NCBI GenBank assembly: GCA_963771465.1
Contig: CAVYTU010000015.1
Coordinates: 928,001-992,000 of the forward strand
Length of the DNA stretch: 64,000 nt
Source of the DNA: an uncultured delta proteobacterium
GTDB lineage: Bacteria > Desulfobacterota > Binatia > UBA9968
Direction: 5' to 3'
Of the stretch, positions 31,620 through 42,186 are shown piece by piece (the first letter of the stretch is position 1; every line of letters begins with the position of its first letter). The translations under genes were made by a program, and so were the position numbers. A model generated the notes under the pieces. That model was given only the letters and a program-made list of their open reading frames with translations. It searched no databases and was not told the DNA's origin.

Positions 31620-32456
31620 CTAAACCTTGCTGAGTTGAAGTTCGGACGGTATGGAAAGAAAATCCCTATAAATAGCGAGGACATCATCGCTCTCATTGTG
31701 CAAGAAGTGTCCCACATCCGGCACGATTTTTACGACACAATTCGGGATCTGGGCGGCCGCGAGGGTAACATCGTCTAAATCCATGACGGTATCCAGTGCG
31801 CCATTGATTATTAGAGTTTGCGCTTTGATGTGATGGAGGTCGACAACTTCGTTGATATGCTTGGTCGTTTCGAGTAACTGGCCATGCGCACGAAAATTAT
31901 CCATATGCTCTTTTTTGATATTCTTAAATTGATCGTACATTTTCTTTTTGAACGATTCGCTGAGATGCTGTCCGAAGTACTTGACGATTACGCCGGCCAC
32001 CTGCTCCCCGGTTGCGTTTCCATTTAATTGTTGGCCTGCTTTAATCGCCTGCACCAACCTATCGTTCACTCGGATGCCAAAACTGGCCAATATGATTTTG
32101 TCGACTAAGTGAGGAAAGCGCGAGGCAAAAACTGCAACCACAATCCCTCCCCAGGAAGCGCCGGCTATGATCGATTTCTCAGGGGCATTTTGTGCCAATA
32201 GAACTTGCCGTAAGACTTCGACCTGCTCATCCAAATCTACAACGGCAGAACCGGAGATGATTTTAGCTCGTCCCTGGCCGGGAAAATCGAAGAGCAACAG
32301 CCTGTAATCCTTTGAAAAATAGGTTACGACAGGTCTCCATGCTGCCATGCTTTGCTGGGCCGCGTTCACGCAGACCATGATTCGGCTGCCTTGACCAAAG
32401 AGTCGGTACGGGATCAGGAACCGACCGACGGCTATTTCGCCTCGAGTTTTATTCAT
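31620..32456 (-). CDS. Alpha/beta hydrolase resembling RhlA/PhaG 3-hydroxyacyl-ACP transferases
   Basis: CVNAAQQS, LFDFPGQG, GASWGG, INGALD, VGHFLHNES; lower GC than flanks. Confidence 0.75.
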   Translation of the reverse strand: MNKTRGEIAVGRFLIPYRLFGQGSRIMVCVNAAQQSMAAWRPVVTYFSKDYRLLLFDFPGQGRAKIISGSAVVDLDEQVEVLRQVLLAQNAPEKSIIAGASWGGIVVAVFASRFPHLVDKIILASFGIRVNDRLVQAIKAGQQLNGNATGEQVAGVIVKYFGQHLSESFKKKMYDQFKNIKKEHMDNFRAHGQLLETTKHINEVVDLHHIKAQTLIINGALDTVMDLDDVTLAAAQIPNCVVKIVPDVGHFLHNESDDVLAIYRDFLSIPSELQLSKV

Positions 32457-32987
32457 GGATTGTCCAGTGGCGTTTTAGTCCTAAACCTTGGCACACAAGC
32501 GTCGGGTGCTATCGAGCGTTTAAGTTAGTGGAACTTAATCTTTGCGCGCCAAATCTTGATTTGGCCTGGGATTGTCTTGCCGGAGCTGATCGGCTTGCTG
32601 TCACCGATGCGCCAACGAATATAACACGGACACTAAAGTTTTTCTTGCGCCGCTACTCCTCCGCATAAATCACAGGTCATTAAGATAGCATTTGCTTATT
32701 CTACTAGGTCTTGAATGGGGTGTTAATGATCTGAATAGATTTTTTCATCATGTCGATCCGCGGATTCAGGGCGCGTTTTCCTTTTAGATTAACGCTACGC
32801 TAACCCGGCGAGGACTGCTGTCTAATATTGAACGACTTTTGATACAATTAGAAACCAAGGCCTAGCTCTGGCGCCCCGCTATCACATAGAATGTGGCAGC
32901 GAAATTAACTTATGTCACGGCCCACTCGTCTAAGCACATTGCAGCGCATGAACTGCGACACCATGTCACAAACATCAAGGAATCATC

Positions 32988-35342
32988 GTGGCTGAGAACG
33001 CGCGCCCTAACGGACGACTCAAACGCTGGTACGATCGGCTTGCGGCTTATTTCAAAGCCGCGATGGATCCGGCCTCGAGCATCCGGGTCAGGATATTTCA
33101 GGCGGCGAAGGGACTGGCGGTATTGGGCGCACTCGGACTGACGCTGTTGGTTGCGTACAGCATCATTTTGATACCCTTTACCCCGAGTATCTCTGATATT
33201 CGCAAAGCCAAGATCGACCAACCCACCGTGCTGGTTACCGCCGATGGTCGGCACCTAGCGACTCTCAAGCCGATGAATCGCGAGTGGGTGCGGTTAGACC
33301 AGATCACTCCCCATGTCATCAATGCCCTGATCGCCACCGAAGACCATCGCTTTTACCAGCACTTCGGGATTGATCTGTTGCGCATGGTGACGGGCGTCCT
33401 GCGCACGTTGATCGGCGATCCGCAGGGCGGTTCCACTCTGACCCAGCAACTGGCGCGCAATTTGTTCCCTGAGGAAGTCGGCCGTCAGCGCACGCTGCCG
33501 CGGAAAATAAAAGAGACGATCACGGCGATCAAGATCGAGTATACCTACACCAAAAAAGAAATCTTAGAAACCTATCTGAATACCATGCCGTTTTTGTACA
33601 ACGCCTTCGGCATCGAAATGGCGGCGCGCACCTACTTCGACAAGCCGGCGCGAAAACTTACGCTGATCGAAAGCGCAACGCTGATCGCCATGTTGAAGGG
33701 CACCAGTTATTATAACCCGGTGCTCAATCCCGAGCGTGCGTTCCAGCGCCGCAACGTCGTGTTGGCGCAAATGGTTAAGCGCGGAACCTTGAGTCAGGCC
33801 GAATTCGACCGGCAAAAATCGTGGCCGATACGCCTCGACTTCGAACGTCAGCCGGATTCCATGGGCGCCGCGCCTCACCTCGCCGTGCAGATTCGCAAAT
33901 GGTTGATCGATTGGGCGGACCGCAACGACAAAGATATTTATACCGACGGCTTGATCGTGCACACCACCATCGATTCACGTTTGCAGTCCGTTGCCAATCA
34001 AGCGGTACAGCGCCAGATGGACGCTTTGCAGGCGGTCGCGGACGTCGAGTGGGGCATGAGCTCAGACCGTCTGTTTTCGACCAGCGTCTCCGCCTACGTC
34101 GATCAGCGTCGGCGCGTCCAGCCGTTCAGTTACTATTGGAAAACCCACGCCGCCTTGCTCGACGTGTTTATACGAGAAACGCCTGCTTATCGCAGCGCGC
34201 TCGAGGGCGGCGCGAAGGCTGACGCCGCGCTGGCGCAACTGAAAGGCACCAAGGAATTCATGGCCAAGCTGCGCGCCGACAAAACCCGTTTGCAAGCCGG
34301 CTTCGTCGCCATCGATCCAGCCACCGGTCACGTGAAAGCCTGGGTCGGCAGCCGCGACTTCAAGACCGACCAATTCGATCACGTGGCGCAAGCCCGGCGG
34401 CAACCGGGCTCGACGTTTAAACCGTTCGTTTACGGCGCGGCGCTCGAGCAGGGCATGCCGCCCGATCAACGGTTTGTCGATCGCGCTGTGAAAATTTCCC
34501 TGCCGGACGGCACGGTGTGGCGGCCCGCCGACTTATCGCCGCCCACCGGCCAAACGATGACGGCGCGCGAGGGTCTCATCTATTCGAAAAACACCATCAC
34601 CGCACAAGTCATGCAGGAAATCGGCCCGAGAAAAACTGCCCAGCTCGCGCGCCTGATGGGAGTTACCCAAAGCAAGCTCGACGAGGTGCCCGCGTTGGCG
34701 CTCGGCACCAGTCCGGTTACGCCGTTGGAAATGGTCTCCGCTTACAGCACCCTCGCGGCCGGCGGCCAATATCGCGCGCCAATTTTTATAACCCGCATCA
34801 CCGACAAGCAGGGCAACCTGCTGGTCAGCTTCATCAGCGAAAATCAGCGCGTGATTTCGGACAGGACCACCGGCGATCTGATCAACATGCTGCGCGATGC
34901 TGTGGACCTGGGCACCGGACAAGCGGTGCGAGCGCGGTTCGGCGTGCGCGGCGATGTCGCGGGAAAAACCGGTACCACGCAAAAAAATACCGACGGCTGG
35001 TTTATCTTGATGCATCCGCGGCTGGTCGCCGGATCGTGGGTCGGCTTTAACGACTCGCGCGTCACCATGCGCAGCGACTATTGGGGCGAGGGCGCGCATA
35101 ACGCCTTGCTGCTGGTGGGAGATTTTTTTCAGCGCACTCTCAACACGCATTTGATCGACGGCAGCGCCCGTTTCCCCTATGAACGACCGTACAATTCCAT
35201 CCTGGAGCCAGTCCTCGACTCAGCGAAAGAATTGTTTTGGGACATTCTCAAAAATTGGTGGCTCGGAGATAAAACCACACCAGCGCCTTCGTCGCCGCCT
35301 CCACCGCGCCGCAATTTTGAACGTGAAGCGCCGCGAGACTGA
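32988..35342 (+). CDS. Bifunctional class A penicillin-binding protein (PBP1A family)
   Basis: EDHRFYQH and GGSTLTQQL glycosyltransferase motifs; STFK, SKN, KTG transpeptidase motifs. Confidence 0.95.
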   Translation: MAENARPNGRLKRWYDRLAAYFKAAMDPASSIRVRIFQAAKGLAVLGALGLTLLVAYSIILIPFTPSISDIRKAKIDQPTVLVTADGRHLATLKPMNREWVRLDQITPHVINALIATEDHRFYQHFGIDLLRMVTGVLRTLIGDPQGGSTLTQQLARNLFPEEVGRQRTLPRKIKETITAIKIEYTYTKKEILETYLNTMPFLYNAFGIEMAARTYFDKPARKLTLIESATLIAMLKGTSYYNPVLNPERAFQRRNVVLAQMVKRGTLSQAEFDRQKSWPIRLDFERQPDSMGAAPHLAVQIRKWLIDWADRNDKDIYTDGLIVHTTIDSRLQSVANQAVQRQMDALQAVADVEWGMSSDRLFSTSVSAYVDQRRRVQPFSYYWKTHAALLDVFIRETPAYRSALEGGAKADAALAQLKGTKEFMAKLRADKTRLQAGFVAIDPATGHVKAWVGSRDFKTDQFDHVAQARRQPGSTFKPFVYGAALEQGMPPDQRFVDRAVKISLPDGTVWRPADLSPPTGQTMTAREGLIYSKNTITAQVMQEIGPRKTAQLARLMGVTQSKLDEVPALALGTSPVTPLEMVSAYSTLAAGGQYRAPIFITRITDKQGNLLVSFISENQRVISDRTTGDLINMLRDAVDLGTGQAVRARFGVRGDVAGKTGTTQKNTDGWFILMHPRLVAGSWVGFNDSRVTMRSDYWGEGAHNALLLVGDFFQRTLNTHLIDGSARFPYERPYNSILEPVLDSAKELFWDILKNWWLGDKTTPAPSSPPPPRRNFEREAPRD

Positions 35343-35441
35343 TTCGAGGATCGGCGCGAGCAGCGGAAACTGGAAACCCGACGCGAACGAGAGCGACGTC
35401 AGCCGACTCGGATCCCAAGCTGTGCGTCCGTTGTCGCCTTT

Positions 35442-36740
35442 TTACCTTGATGCTTTTCCCTCGTTGGCCTCGGTTTCCAGAATGATGCCGCGGGCAGCCA
35501 AGATCGGCTTTGCCGCCTCGCGCAGCCGGGGTAATTGCCGGGCGAAAATGATCCCGGCGACGGCGCAAAAACCCCCACCGATCGCCACAACCAAAGGAGC
35601 CCCCACTTGGTCAGCTGCCCAACCGGCCAGCAAACTGCCGAAGGGCGCCATGCCGACCAGCATCATCGAGAAAAGGCTCATCACCCGGCCACGCATATCG
35701 TTGTCGGCCAGGGTTTGCAGCGCCGTATTGCTCGCCGCGATCAGCACCATCCAACCACAGCCGACACCGACGAGAAGTAGGAGCGAAAGCCAAAACACTC
35801 GCGCCAGCGTGAAAATAATTAACCCCACGCCGAATCCCACGGTAGCGATGACGATGACGCGGCCAAGTCCGATAATGTTTTTTCGTTGCGCGAGAAATAG
35901 CGCCCCGATCAGCGCGCCCACCCCGACTGCACCGAACATCATTCCTAGGGCATCGGCGCCGCTCCGATGTACATGAGCCGCAAAGACCGGCATCAGCGTC
36001 ATGTAAGGCATTCCCACGACGCCGACCACGCCCAAAAGTATCAGCAGATCCCGAATCGGCGTTATCGCCACAACGTAACGGTAACCTTGGATCAGCGACC
36101 GACCGATGGAAACAGGCGCCGTCTCCCGCCGTGGCGGGGCAGCGAGCTTCATCATGAGCAATGCCACGATCACCGCGATGTAACTCACCGCGTTGATTAT
36201 GAAACAAACACCCTCGCCGTATTTGGCGACAACCAGACCCGCGAGCGCCGGCCCGACGATTCGAGCCGCGTTGATCATGGAGGAATTGAGCGCTACCGCA
36301 TTCGCCAAGTCTTCGGTGTCAACCATTTCGTGCACCAAAGCCTGGCGCGCCGGCATGTCGAAAGCATAGACAACTCCAAGCGCGATGCCGAGCAAGATAA
36401 TATGCAAAGGTTGAATCCACCCTGTCAGCGTCAGCAACGAGAGGAGCAGAGCTTGGGCGAGCGCGGCGCATTGCATCCATACGGCGACCCGATGGCACGA
36501 GTAGCGGTCGCTGATGACGCCACCGATGGGACCCAACGCAAATATCGGAATCTGCGATGCGAAGCCGACGACACCGAGCAAGGTTGCCGATCCGGTTAGA
36601 CGGTAGACCAGCCAGCTCAGCGCGACCTGCTGCATCCACGTGCCGCAGACCGAGACCAGCTGGCCGGTGAGATACAGCCGGTAGTTACGATGGCGCAGCG
36701 AACGCCATAATGGCGATGAGGTGGACAATTTGAATTGCAT
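35442..36740 (-). CDS. MFS transporter (MFS_3 type)
   Basis: SLRHRNYRLY, GTWMQ, PARQA, GPALAG, MRGRVMS; 12 TM-like segments. Confidence 0.93.
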   Translation of the reverse strand: MQFKLSTSSPLWRSLRHRNYRLYLTGQLVSVCGTWMQQVALSWLVYRLTGSATLLGVVGFASQIPIFALGPIGGVISDRYSCHRVAVWMQCAALAQALLLSLLTLTGWIQPLHIILLGIALGVVYAFDMPARQALVHEMVDTEDLANAVALNSSMINAARIVGPALAGLVVAKYGEGVCFIINAVSYIAVIVALLMMKLAAPPRRETAPVSIGRSLIQGYRYVVAITPIRDLLILLGVVGVVGMPYMTLMPVFAAHVHRSGADALGMMFGAVGVGALIGALFLAQRKNIIGLGRVIVIATVGFGVGLIIFTLARVFWLSLLLLVGVGCGWMVLIAASNTALQTLADNDMRGRVMSLFSMMLVGMAPFGSLLAGWAADQVGAPLVVAIGGGFCAVAGIIFARQLPRLREAAKPILAARGIILETEANEGKASR

Positions 36741-37140
36741 CGTACGCAGCGATTTACGGAAATTCGAAGCACGGGTGCTTTTGATTGGTATCCGATTATC
36801 CCATGCCTAGAAAGGAAGCAGAAGAGTTTGCGCGCAGAATGATTATTTACGGCAGCGGTGTGGTTGAGAATAAATCAAAGCCCGATACCACGCGAGGAAA
36901 AGCGTCTCCGATTCGACGACAGAGTGAATCCACAACAAGTTTTGAACTTGCAAAATCTAGAAAGAAAAAATGAAGCTGAGCGGATTCGTGCGCAATCAGT
37001 TGACACTCAGGTTCGAACCCGAGTTCACGGGCCGCGCAGATCGGGCAGCTCCAGTGTAGCGGCCGGCAGCGGATTCGCCGCCGGCGAGTGCACCGCGAAC
37101 GGCGCTACTTCCACCGAACACGCTCAGATCGCTCTCAATA

Positions 37141-38732
37141 TTAGGCCGGTTGCGCTCCCGGTTCACCGTCCAAAACCACGAAGGAGCGTTCGGTGTAACC
37201 GGCGCCATCGGTTTTTCAACGCTCGTGACAAACCGTAGATCAAGGCGCATTTGTTGCGGCGTCAACGTCGCCACGAAATAGCCGCGCCGGTCGCCCTCGT
37301 AATATTTGATGTGCGGATTGTACGGAATCATGGGCGCATAGTACGGCCCGTAGGGCGTGTCATCGCCGCCGCTAGTGATCGCCGGCGTAACGAACTCGGT
37401 GGCTACGGTAGGCGCGCGCGGATCTTTGAAGTCGAGCTTCAGATCGTTGACGAAAGTTGAGTGCCAGTCGCCAGTCAAAAACACGGGATTTTCGACGTTG
37501 TACTTAACGACATCGCTCAGCATGCGCTGGCGCGCCAGCGGATAGCCGTCCCAGGCGTCGTTCCAGTAGCCGTCACGTTCATAATATGGCCGATGCTCTA
37601 ATTCGGCGATGAGCAGTTGCTGGCCAACGATATTCCAGCGCGCGAAGGAGCGCTGAAAGCCGCGTCTCAGCCAATCCTCCTGTTCGCCGCCGAGCATCGT
37701 GTAATTGCCGGTCAAAGCGGCAGGGCAGCGCAGCGACTCGCCGTCGCCGCAAGGGTTGTCGCTGCGGTATTGCCGGTCATCGAGCATGGTGAACTCGGCC
37801 AGCTGGCCGTAACGGAAACTCCTGTAGATGCGCAGCTCGGATTTCGGCAATCGCGCGACCGATGCGCGGATCGGCATGTGTTCGTAATAAGCCTGGTATG
37901 CGGCAGCCCGGCGCGCCGTGAACTCCGGCGAAGGCGAGCCGTACTCCGGCGCCAGACCGGAATAATCGTTGGCTACTTCGTGATCGTCCCAAATGGCGAC
38001 GAAAGGAAACTTCGCATGAACGGCTTGCAGGTCGGGATCGAGCTTGTAGAGTGTGTGACGCAAACGGTAGGTGCAAAGATCCAAACATTCCTCTTCGAAT
38101 CCCCTTGGCGTCTGCCCTCGGCGCCGGGTAAATCCGATGACGTACTCGTAGGTGTAATCGCCGAGGTGGAGCACGACGTCGAGATCGTTGCGTAGCATGT
38201 CCCGATAGGCGGTGTAGTAGCCGCTCGGCCAATCCTGGCAAGTCGCGAATGCAAAACGAATTTGCTGAACCATCTCGTGCTCCGGCGGCGCGGTGCGAAA
38301 GTGGCCCACCGGACTTTCCCCATCGGCCACCGAGAATTGATAAAAGTAATCGCGTCCCGCCAGCAATCCCTGCACTTCCACATGGATTGAATGGGCCAAC
38401 TCGGCAGGCGCCATAGCGACGCCGTGTTGGACAATCTGGCGCATGCGTTCATCCGTAGCCGCGCGCCAGGTCACCGCCACCGGCGCGTTACCCATGGCGG
38501 CTGTGTCTGTGGGATCAGGCGCTAGGCGCGTCCACAGAACGATCCCGTCCGGCGTGGGATCGCCGGAAGCAACCCCAAGCGTGAATGGATTGGTCGAAAA
38601 TCTGGAAGCGGCAAATAGCCCTTTATCCGGCACAAGCGCCAGAGCGAGGCTGGCTCCCACCGTGCGCCAGGTGAAATCTAGAAAGCGCCGCCGGTCAATC
38701 GACGAAGGCTGTGATTTTTGATTCATCGACAT
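37141..38732 (-). pseudogene. phoD: Alkaline phosphatase D, Tat-exported; single-base frameshift near the C-terminus (~37211)
   Basis: RRRFL Tat motif, GVASGDP, HLGDYTYE, WDDHE, DAWDGY, TGDWH; alternative frame gives PDGAGYTERSFVVLDGEPGAQPA* ending at 37141. Confidence 0.9.
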
Positions 38733-38834
38733 CTCTCCTTGTGTTAGCTCGAGTGCTCGATCGAGAAAGCTCCTCGGCGATCGGACCGTAGCAAGAGCTG
38801 CGGCGCGGCGTCTTTACGCAAAGGAGTCGTTTAG

Positions 38835-38852
38835 GTGAAATTCCGATGACAG
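38835..38852 (-). promoter_or_regulatory. Pho box-like direct repeat upstream of phoD
   Basis: CTGTCAT-cgga-ATTTCAC, 11-bp period, 13 of 14 conserved positions match CT(G/T)TCAT-N4-CT(G/T)TCA(C/T). Confidence 0.6.
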
Positions 38853-39061
38853 CGACAAGCATAATGGCGTGAGCGACTCGAAAGGATTACCGATCAAGCC
38901 ACAAGGCGTTTAGCCAGCGGTTAAGTTTCTTCTGCCCTTAGGGATTCGCCGAGACTGGCGGCAAGGGAATTTGCAGTGGGCAGAAGCTATAACGCCGCAC
39001 AATTTGAATAGCGACGCTCGCGGCTATCGTGTGTCGCTTTGGGGCGCGTGGCGGAGATACT

Positions 39062-40324
39062 TTAGCGTTCGCTGACAAGTACTTTGCCGCTCATATAGGG
39101 GTGGATTGAACAGACATAATCGTAGGCGCCGGGGCGGTCGAAGTTCGCCGTATAACTGGAGCCCGGCATCACTGTATCCGAGGCTGCGCCGTTCTTCACG
39201 GCGACGCTATGCGGCGCGCCGTCGTCGTTGATCCAAGTCACGGTTTCTCCTGAACTCACTTCGAGAAGCGCGGGATTAAAAGCGAACCCGCTGATCGTAA
39301 TGCGACTATTTGAAGATTGTCTCTGCGCCACCGCCGATTGCACGACAATTTTTCGCGGCGCGTTGCCGACAGCAACCGTAGTCACGACGCCGCTCTCCAA
39401 ATCGACGATGGAGACATCGTTGGAGTCTTCATTGGTGGTCAGCGCGGTTTTGCCGTCAGGCCCTGGCGCCACCCAATGGGGCCGCGAGCCGACTTTGATC
39501 GATTTCTCGATACTGTTGGTCTGCGGGTTGAACACGGCGAGCAAGCTCGGACCTTGAACCGCAATCAGGCCGCGTTTGCCATCCGCCGTGAAGTTCGCGT
39601 AATGCGGCGAGACGCCCACCGGTATTTCACCGGCTATGCGATTGCCGCTCGGATCGAAAACGACCACGGCATCGATTCCCGCTTGAGTGATGTATAAGTA
39701 TTTACCACCGGGGCCGAACTCCAAGCCGCGCGGGGTCTTTTCCAGCGGCACGGTCGCCGCAAGCTTGCGCTCCGCGACTTCGAGGATCGCCAGCGAGAAT
39801 TTGCCCGGAGATTGTGATCCGACGTAGGCAAGCCGTCCATTGGGATGGACGGCGATGTTGTGCGGCTTGCCCACCGTAACGCTGCTGATCACTTTACGAG
39901 CGGCGGTGTCGATGAAAGCGACTGAATCGGTGTCGTAGACTCCGACGAGAACGAATTTACCATCCGGAGTGACCGCGACTCCATGGGGGTTCTTGCCCAC
40001 TTCGATGTTTTCGACCAGCGTGTCCGTCGCAGTATCGATGACGCTAACGGTCGATGTGGCGTCGCTGGCGACGTAGACCCAGCGGTTATCGGGCGTAATG
40101 GCGATGCCATGGGGACCGGGCGGCACCGGGATCGTCGCCGTGACTCGCTTCACCTCAACGTCGATGACACTGATCGTATTGTCCTTAAAATTGCCGATGT
40201 AGGCTTTTGGTCCAGCGGCGATCGCGCCATTGGCGATCAAGAATATCGCTGCCAGCAACAGAAATGTAATCGAGCCGCCATTGCGGAACGCCGGCAATTG
40301 TACAATCTTCAGTCTTTGCGCCAT
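39062..40324 (-). CDS. Secreted YVTN beta-propeller protein fused to a C-terminal type-1 copper (cupredoxin) domain
   Basis: Repeated VG..PHG.A.TPDG blades; WINDDGAPHSV and YVCSIHPYM copper ligands. Confidence 0.9.
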   Translation of the reverse strand: MAQRLKIVQLPAFRNGGSITFLLLAAIFLIANGAIAAGPKAYIGNFKDNTISVIDVEVKRVTATIPVPPGPHGIAITPDNRWVYVASDATSTVSVIDTATDTLVENIEVGKNPHGVAVTPDGKFVLVGVYDTDSVAFIDTAARKVISSVTVGKPHNIAVHPNGRLAYVGSQSPGKFSLAILEVAERKLAATVPLEKTPRGLEFGPGGKYLYITQAGIDAVVVFDPSGNRIAGEIPVGVSPHYANFTADGKRGLIAVQGPSLLAVFNPQTNSIEKSIKVGSRPHWVAPGPDGKTALTTNEDSNDVSIVDLESGVVTTVAVGNAPRKIVVQSAVAQRQSSNSRITISGFAFNPALLEVSSGETVTWINDDGAPHSVAVKNGAASDTVMPGSSYTANFDRPGAYDYVCSIHPYMSGKVLVSER

Positions 40325-40369
40325 GTCCTTGACCTCTTTTGGGTTGAGAATTGTGCACCAGCTACCGGT

Positions 40370-40396
40370 AAGACTACGGTGGAAAAATTTTATTCC
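40370..40396 (-). promoter_or_regulatory. Putative ECF sigma promoter for the cupredoxin gene
   Basis: GGAATAAAAT-N12-GTCTT. Confidence 0.65.
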
Positions 40397-40410
40397 AGCG
40401 CAGAATCTAG

Positions 40411-40438
40411 GGAATAGAATCGCCCTAAAGTCAGTCTT
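40411..40438 (+). promoter_or_regulatory. Putative autoregulatory ECF sigma promoter
   Basis: GGAATAGAAT-N13-GTCTT. Confidence 0.65.
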
Positions 40439-40458
40439 GTTTTAATGGGGGGATAGGG

Positions 40459-41022
40459 TTGGATTCGGACAACAAGAGAGCTCGTTTCGAGACTAACGTG
40501 TCGCCGCATGTCGATGCCGCGTACAATTTAGCCCGCTGGCTCACCCGCAACGAGCACGATGCCCAGGACGTGGTCCAAGAAGCGATGCTCCGGGCGTTTA
40601 GATTTTTGGACGGCTTTCGTGGCGCCGATGCCCGTTCGTGGCTGCTCAAGATCGTCAGAAATACTTGCTTTACCTGGCTGCGCAACAATCGCCCCAATGA
40701 GATGGTCGAAATCTTCCCGAATCAGTTGAACGATTTGGAAGTTGACCTGCCGCCGCCTTTTTGTTCCGGATTGCCTGATGATCCCGAGGCACTCGCGCTG
40801 CGCCGAAATACCGCGGCGCAGATCGATAATGCGTTATCGACATTGTCGGCGCCGCTACTCGAAGTCGTCGTCTTGCGGGAGTTGGAAGGGCTCTCTTACA
40901 AGGAGATTGCCTCGGTGATAGATGCGCCGATTGGGACCGTGATGTCACGGCTGGCGCGGGCGCGAGCTGATCTGCGGCGCACCCTCGCCGGCTCGCAGTG
41001 TGTGCTAGGAGCGAGAAAATGA
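40459..41022 (+). CDS. ECF RNA polymerase sigma factor
   Basis: AYNLARWL, DAQDVVQE, WLLKIVRN, GLSYKEIA..IGTVMSRLARAR. Confidence 0.95.
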   Translation: MDSDNKRARFETNVSPHVDAAYNLARWLTRNEHDAQDVVQEAMLRAFRFLDGFRGADARSWLLKIVRNTCFTWLRNNRPNEMVEIFPNQLNDLEVDLPPPFCSGLPDDPEALALRRNTAAQIDNALSTLSAPLLEVVVLRELEGLSYKEIASVIDAPIGTVMSRLARARADLRRTLAGSQCVLGARK

Positions 41023-41789
41023 CGTCAGAGACCAGCGGCGTTTTATTGCACGCCTTCCTCGACGGTGAACTCGATGCCGCCTCGACCATCGAAGTTGAGT
41101 CTCGCCTGAAGGCGTCCACCGCGTTGCGCCAGGAATTGGCGCGCTTGTCCGCGCTCCAGATATCGGTTCAGAGCCGCGCTACGCGCTTTACCGCTCCGTC
41201 CGCGTTTAGGCAAAGTTTGTTTGTGCCTTTACCGGCGAGTCAATCCAGCGCTGCACCGATCGGAGTTCCGCGTTGGTGGCGTGGGTTAGCGATCGGAACG
41301 AGCATCGCTGCTCTGGCAATCGTTGTTGCAAGTCTTGGTTTTATCTTTACCGCTGGTGACAAAAGTTCGGCGCTGGTGGAGGAAGTCGTCAGCGCGCATG
41401 TGCGCTCCCTGCTCGCGGATCATCTGACCGATCTCGCTTCGAAAGAACGTCATCAGGTCAAACCTTGGCTATCCAATCGGCTCGATTTCGCGCCGCCGGT
41501 GCTTGATCTCGCAAACGAAGGCTTTGCGCTCGTCGGTGGCCGGTTGGATTACCTCGGAGGAAAACCGGCGGCGGCGCTGGTCTACCTTTATCGGCAGCAC
41601 ATTATAAATGTATTCGTTTGGCCATCGGCGCCGAGCCGCGATCACTCGATTCGCGCTTCGACTCACCGCGGTTACAACACCGTCCAATTCGCCTCCGATG
41701 GCATGAGTTACTGGGCCGTATCCGACTTGAATCCGCACGACCTGGATAAGCTCGCCAAACTATTCCAACTTGCGCAGCCGGCCAATTAA
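41019..41789 (+). CDS. Transmembrane anti-sigma factor (PrtR-like)
   Basis: AFLDGELD, single TM, HVRSL, HQVKPW, GFALVGGRLDY; ATGA coupling to the sigma gene. Confidence 0.92.
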   Translation: MTSETSGVLLHAFLDGELDAASTIEVESRLKASTALRQELARLSALQISVQSRATRFTAPSAFRQSLFVPLPASQSSAAPIGVPRWWRGLAIGTSIAALAIVVASLGFIFTAGDKSSALVEEVVSAHVRSLLADHLTDLASKERHQVKPWLSNRLDFAPPVLDLANEGFALVGGRLDYLGGKPAAALVYLYRQHIINVFVWPSAPSRDHSIRASTHRGYNTVQFASDGMSYWAVSDLNPHDLDKLAKLFQLAQPAN

Positions 41790-41804
41790 AACCGCGTCCA
41801 AAGG

Positions 41805-42137
41805 TCACTGAGAATTCACCGCCGAGTCTGTCGCCGCTCGGTCCCAGGCGCGCAAGTGTTTGCGTATGCGCTGCGCGTTTAAACCAAGCACCGCGCAAAC
41901 CGACTCGAAGGAAAATAATCCGTCACGATCATTGGAAAAAAACCAGCGCCGATCTTCGTCCAATGATTTTTTCGGGTTGCGCAAATGTTTGCGATAATTG
42001 CGCAGGGCATCTTTCAAAAGCGCCAGCATGAGATCTTGTTCAGGATGACCGTGGCCGTTGTATTTGACGGTGTCCCAATAGCGCGCATTGTCGCCGTCGT
42101 CTATATCGACGCGCTCGATCGGCGATTCCAATTCCAT
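41805..42137 (-). CDS. Conserved hypothetical protein (PE..LMLA.L.DA...W...FSFE.VC.VLGL family)
   Basis: AAGGAG RBS before ATG 42137; motif pattern typical of a small helical protein family. Confidence 0.75.
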   Translation of the reverse strand: MELESPIERVDIDDGDNARYWDTVKYNGHGHPEQDLMLALLKDALRNYRKHLRNPKKSLDEDRRWFFSNDRDGLFSFESVCAVLGLNAQRIRKHLRAWDRAATDSAVNSQ

Positions 42138-42186
42138 GATCCGCTCCTTTAATGCATCATGAATAGCCAGTTGTTGACGATGGCCA

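Noticed and set aside
36785-36973. Short ORFs that might be another SBP C-terminal remnant
   Set aside because: Similarity too weak to support without a search
37004-37024. GGTTCGAACCC resembling a tRNA T-loop
   Set aside because: T-stem pairs only with a bulge; no acceptor stem, D-arm or anticodon arm can be built
36996-37140. Low-complexity C-terminal extension of the 578-aa PhoD ORF
   Set aside because: Product of the frameshift near 37211; the canonical C-terminus ends at 37141
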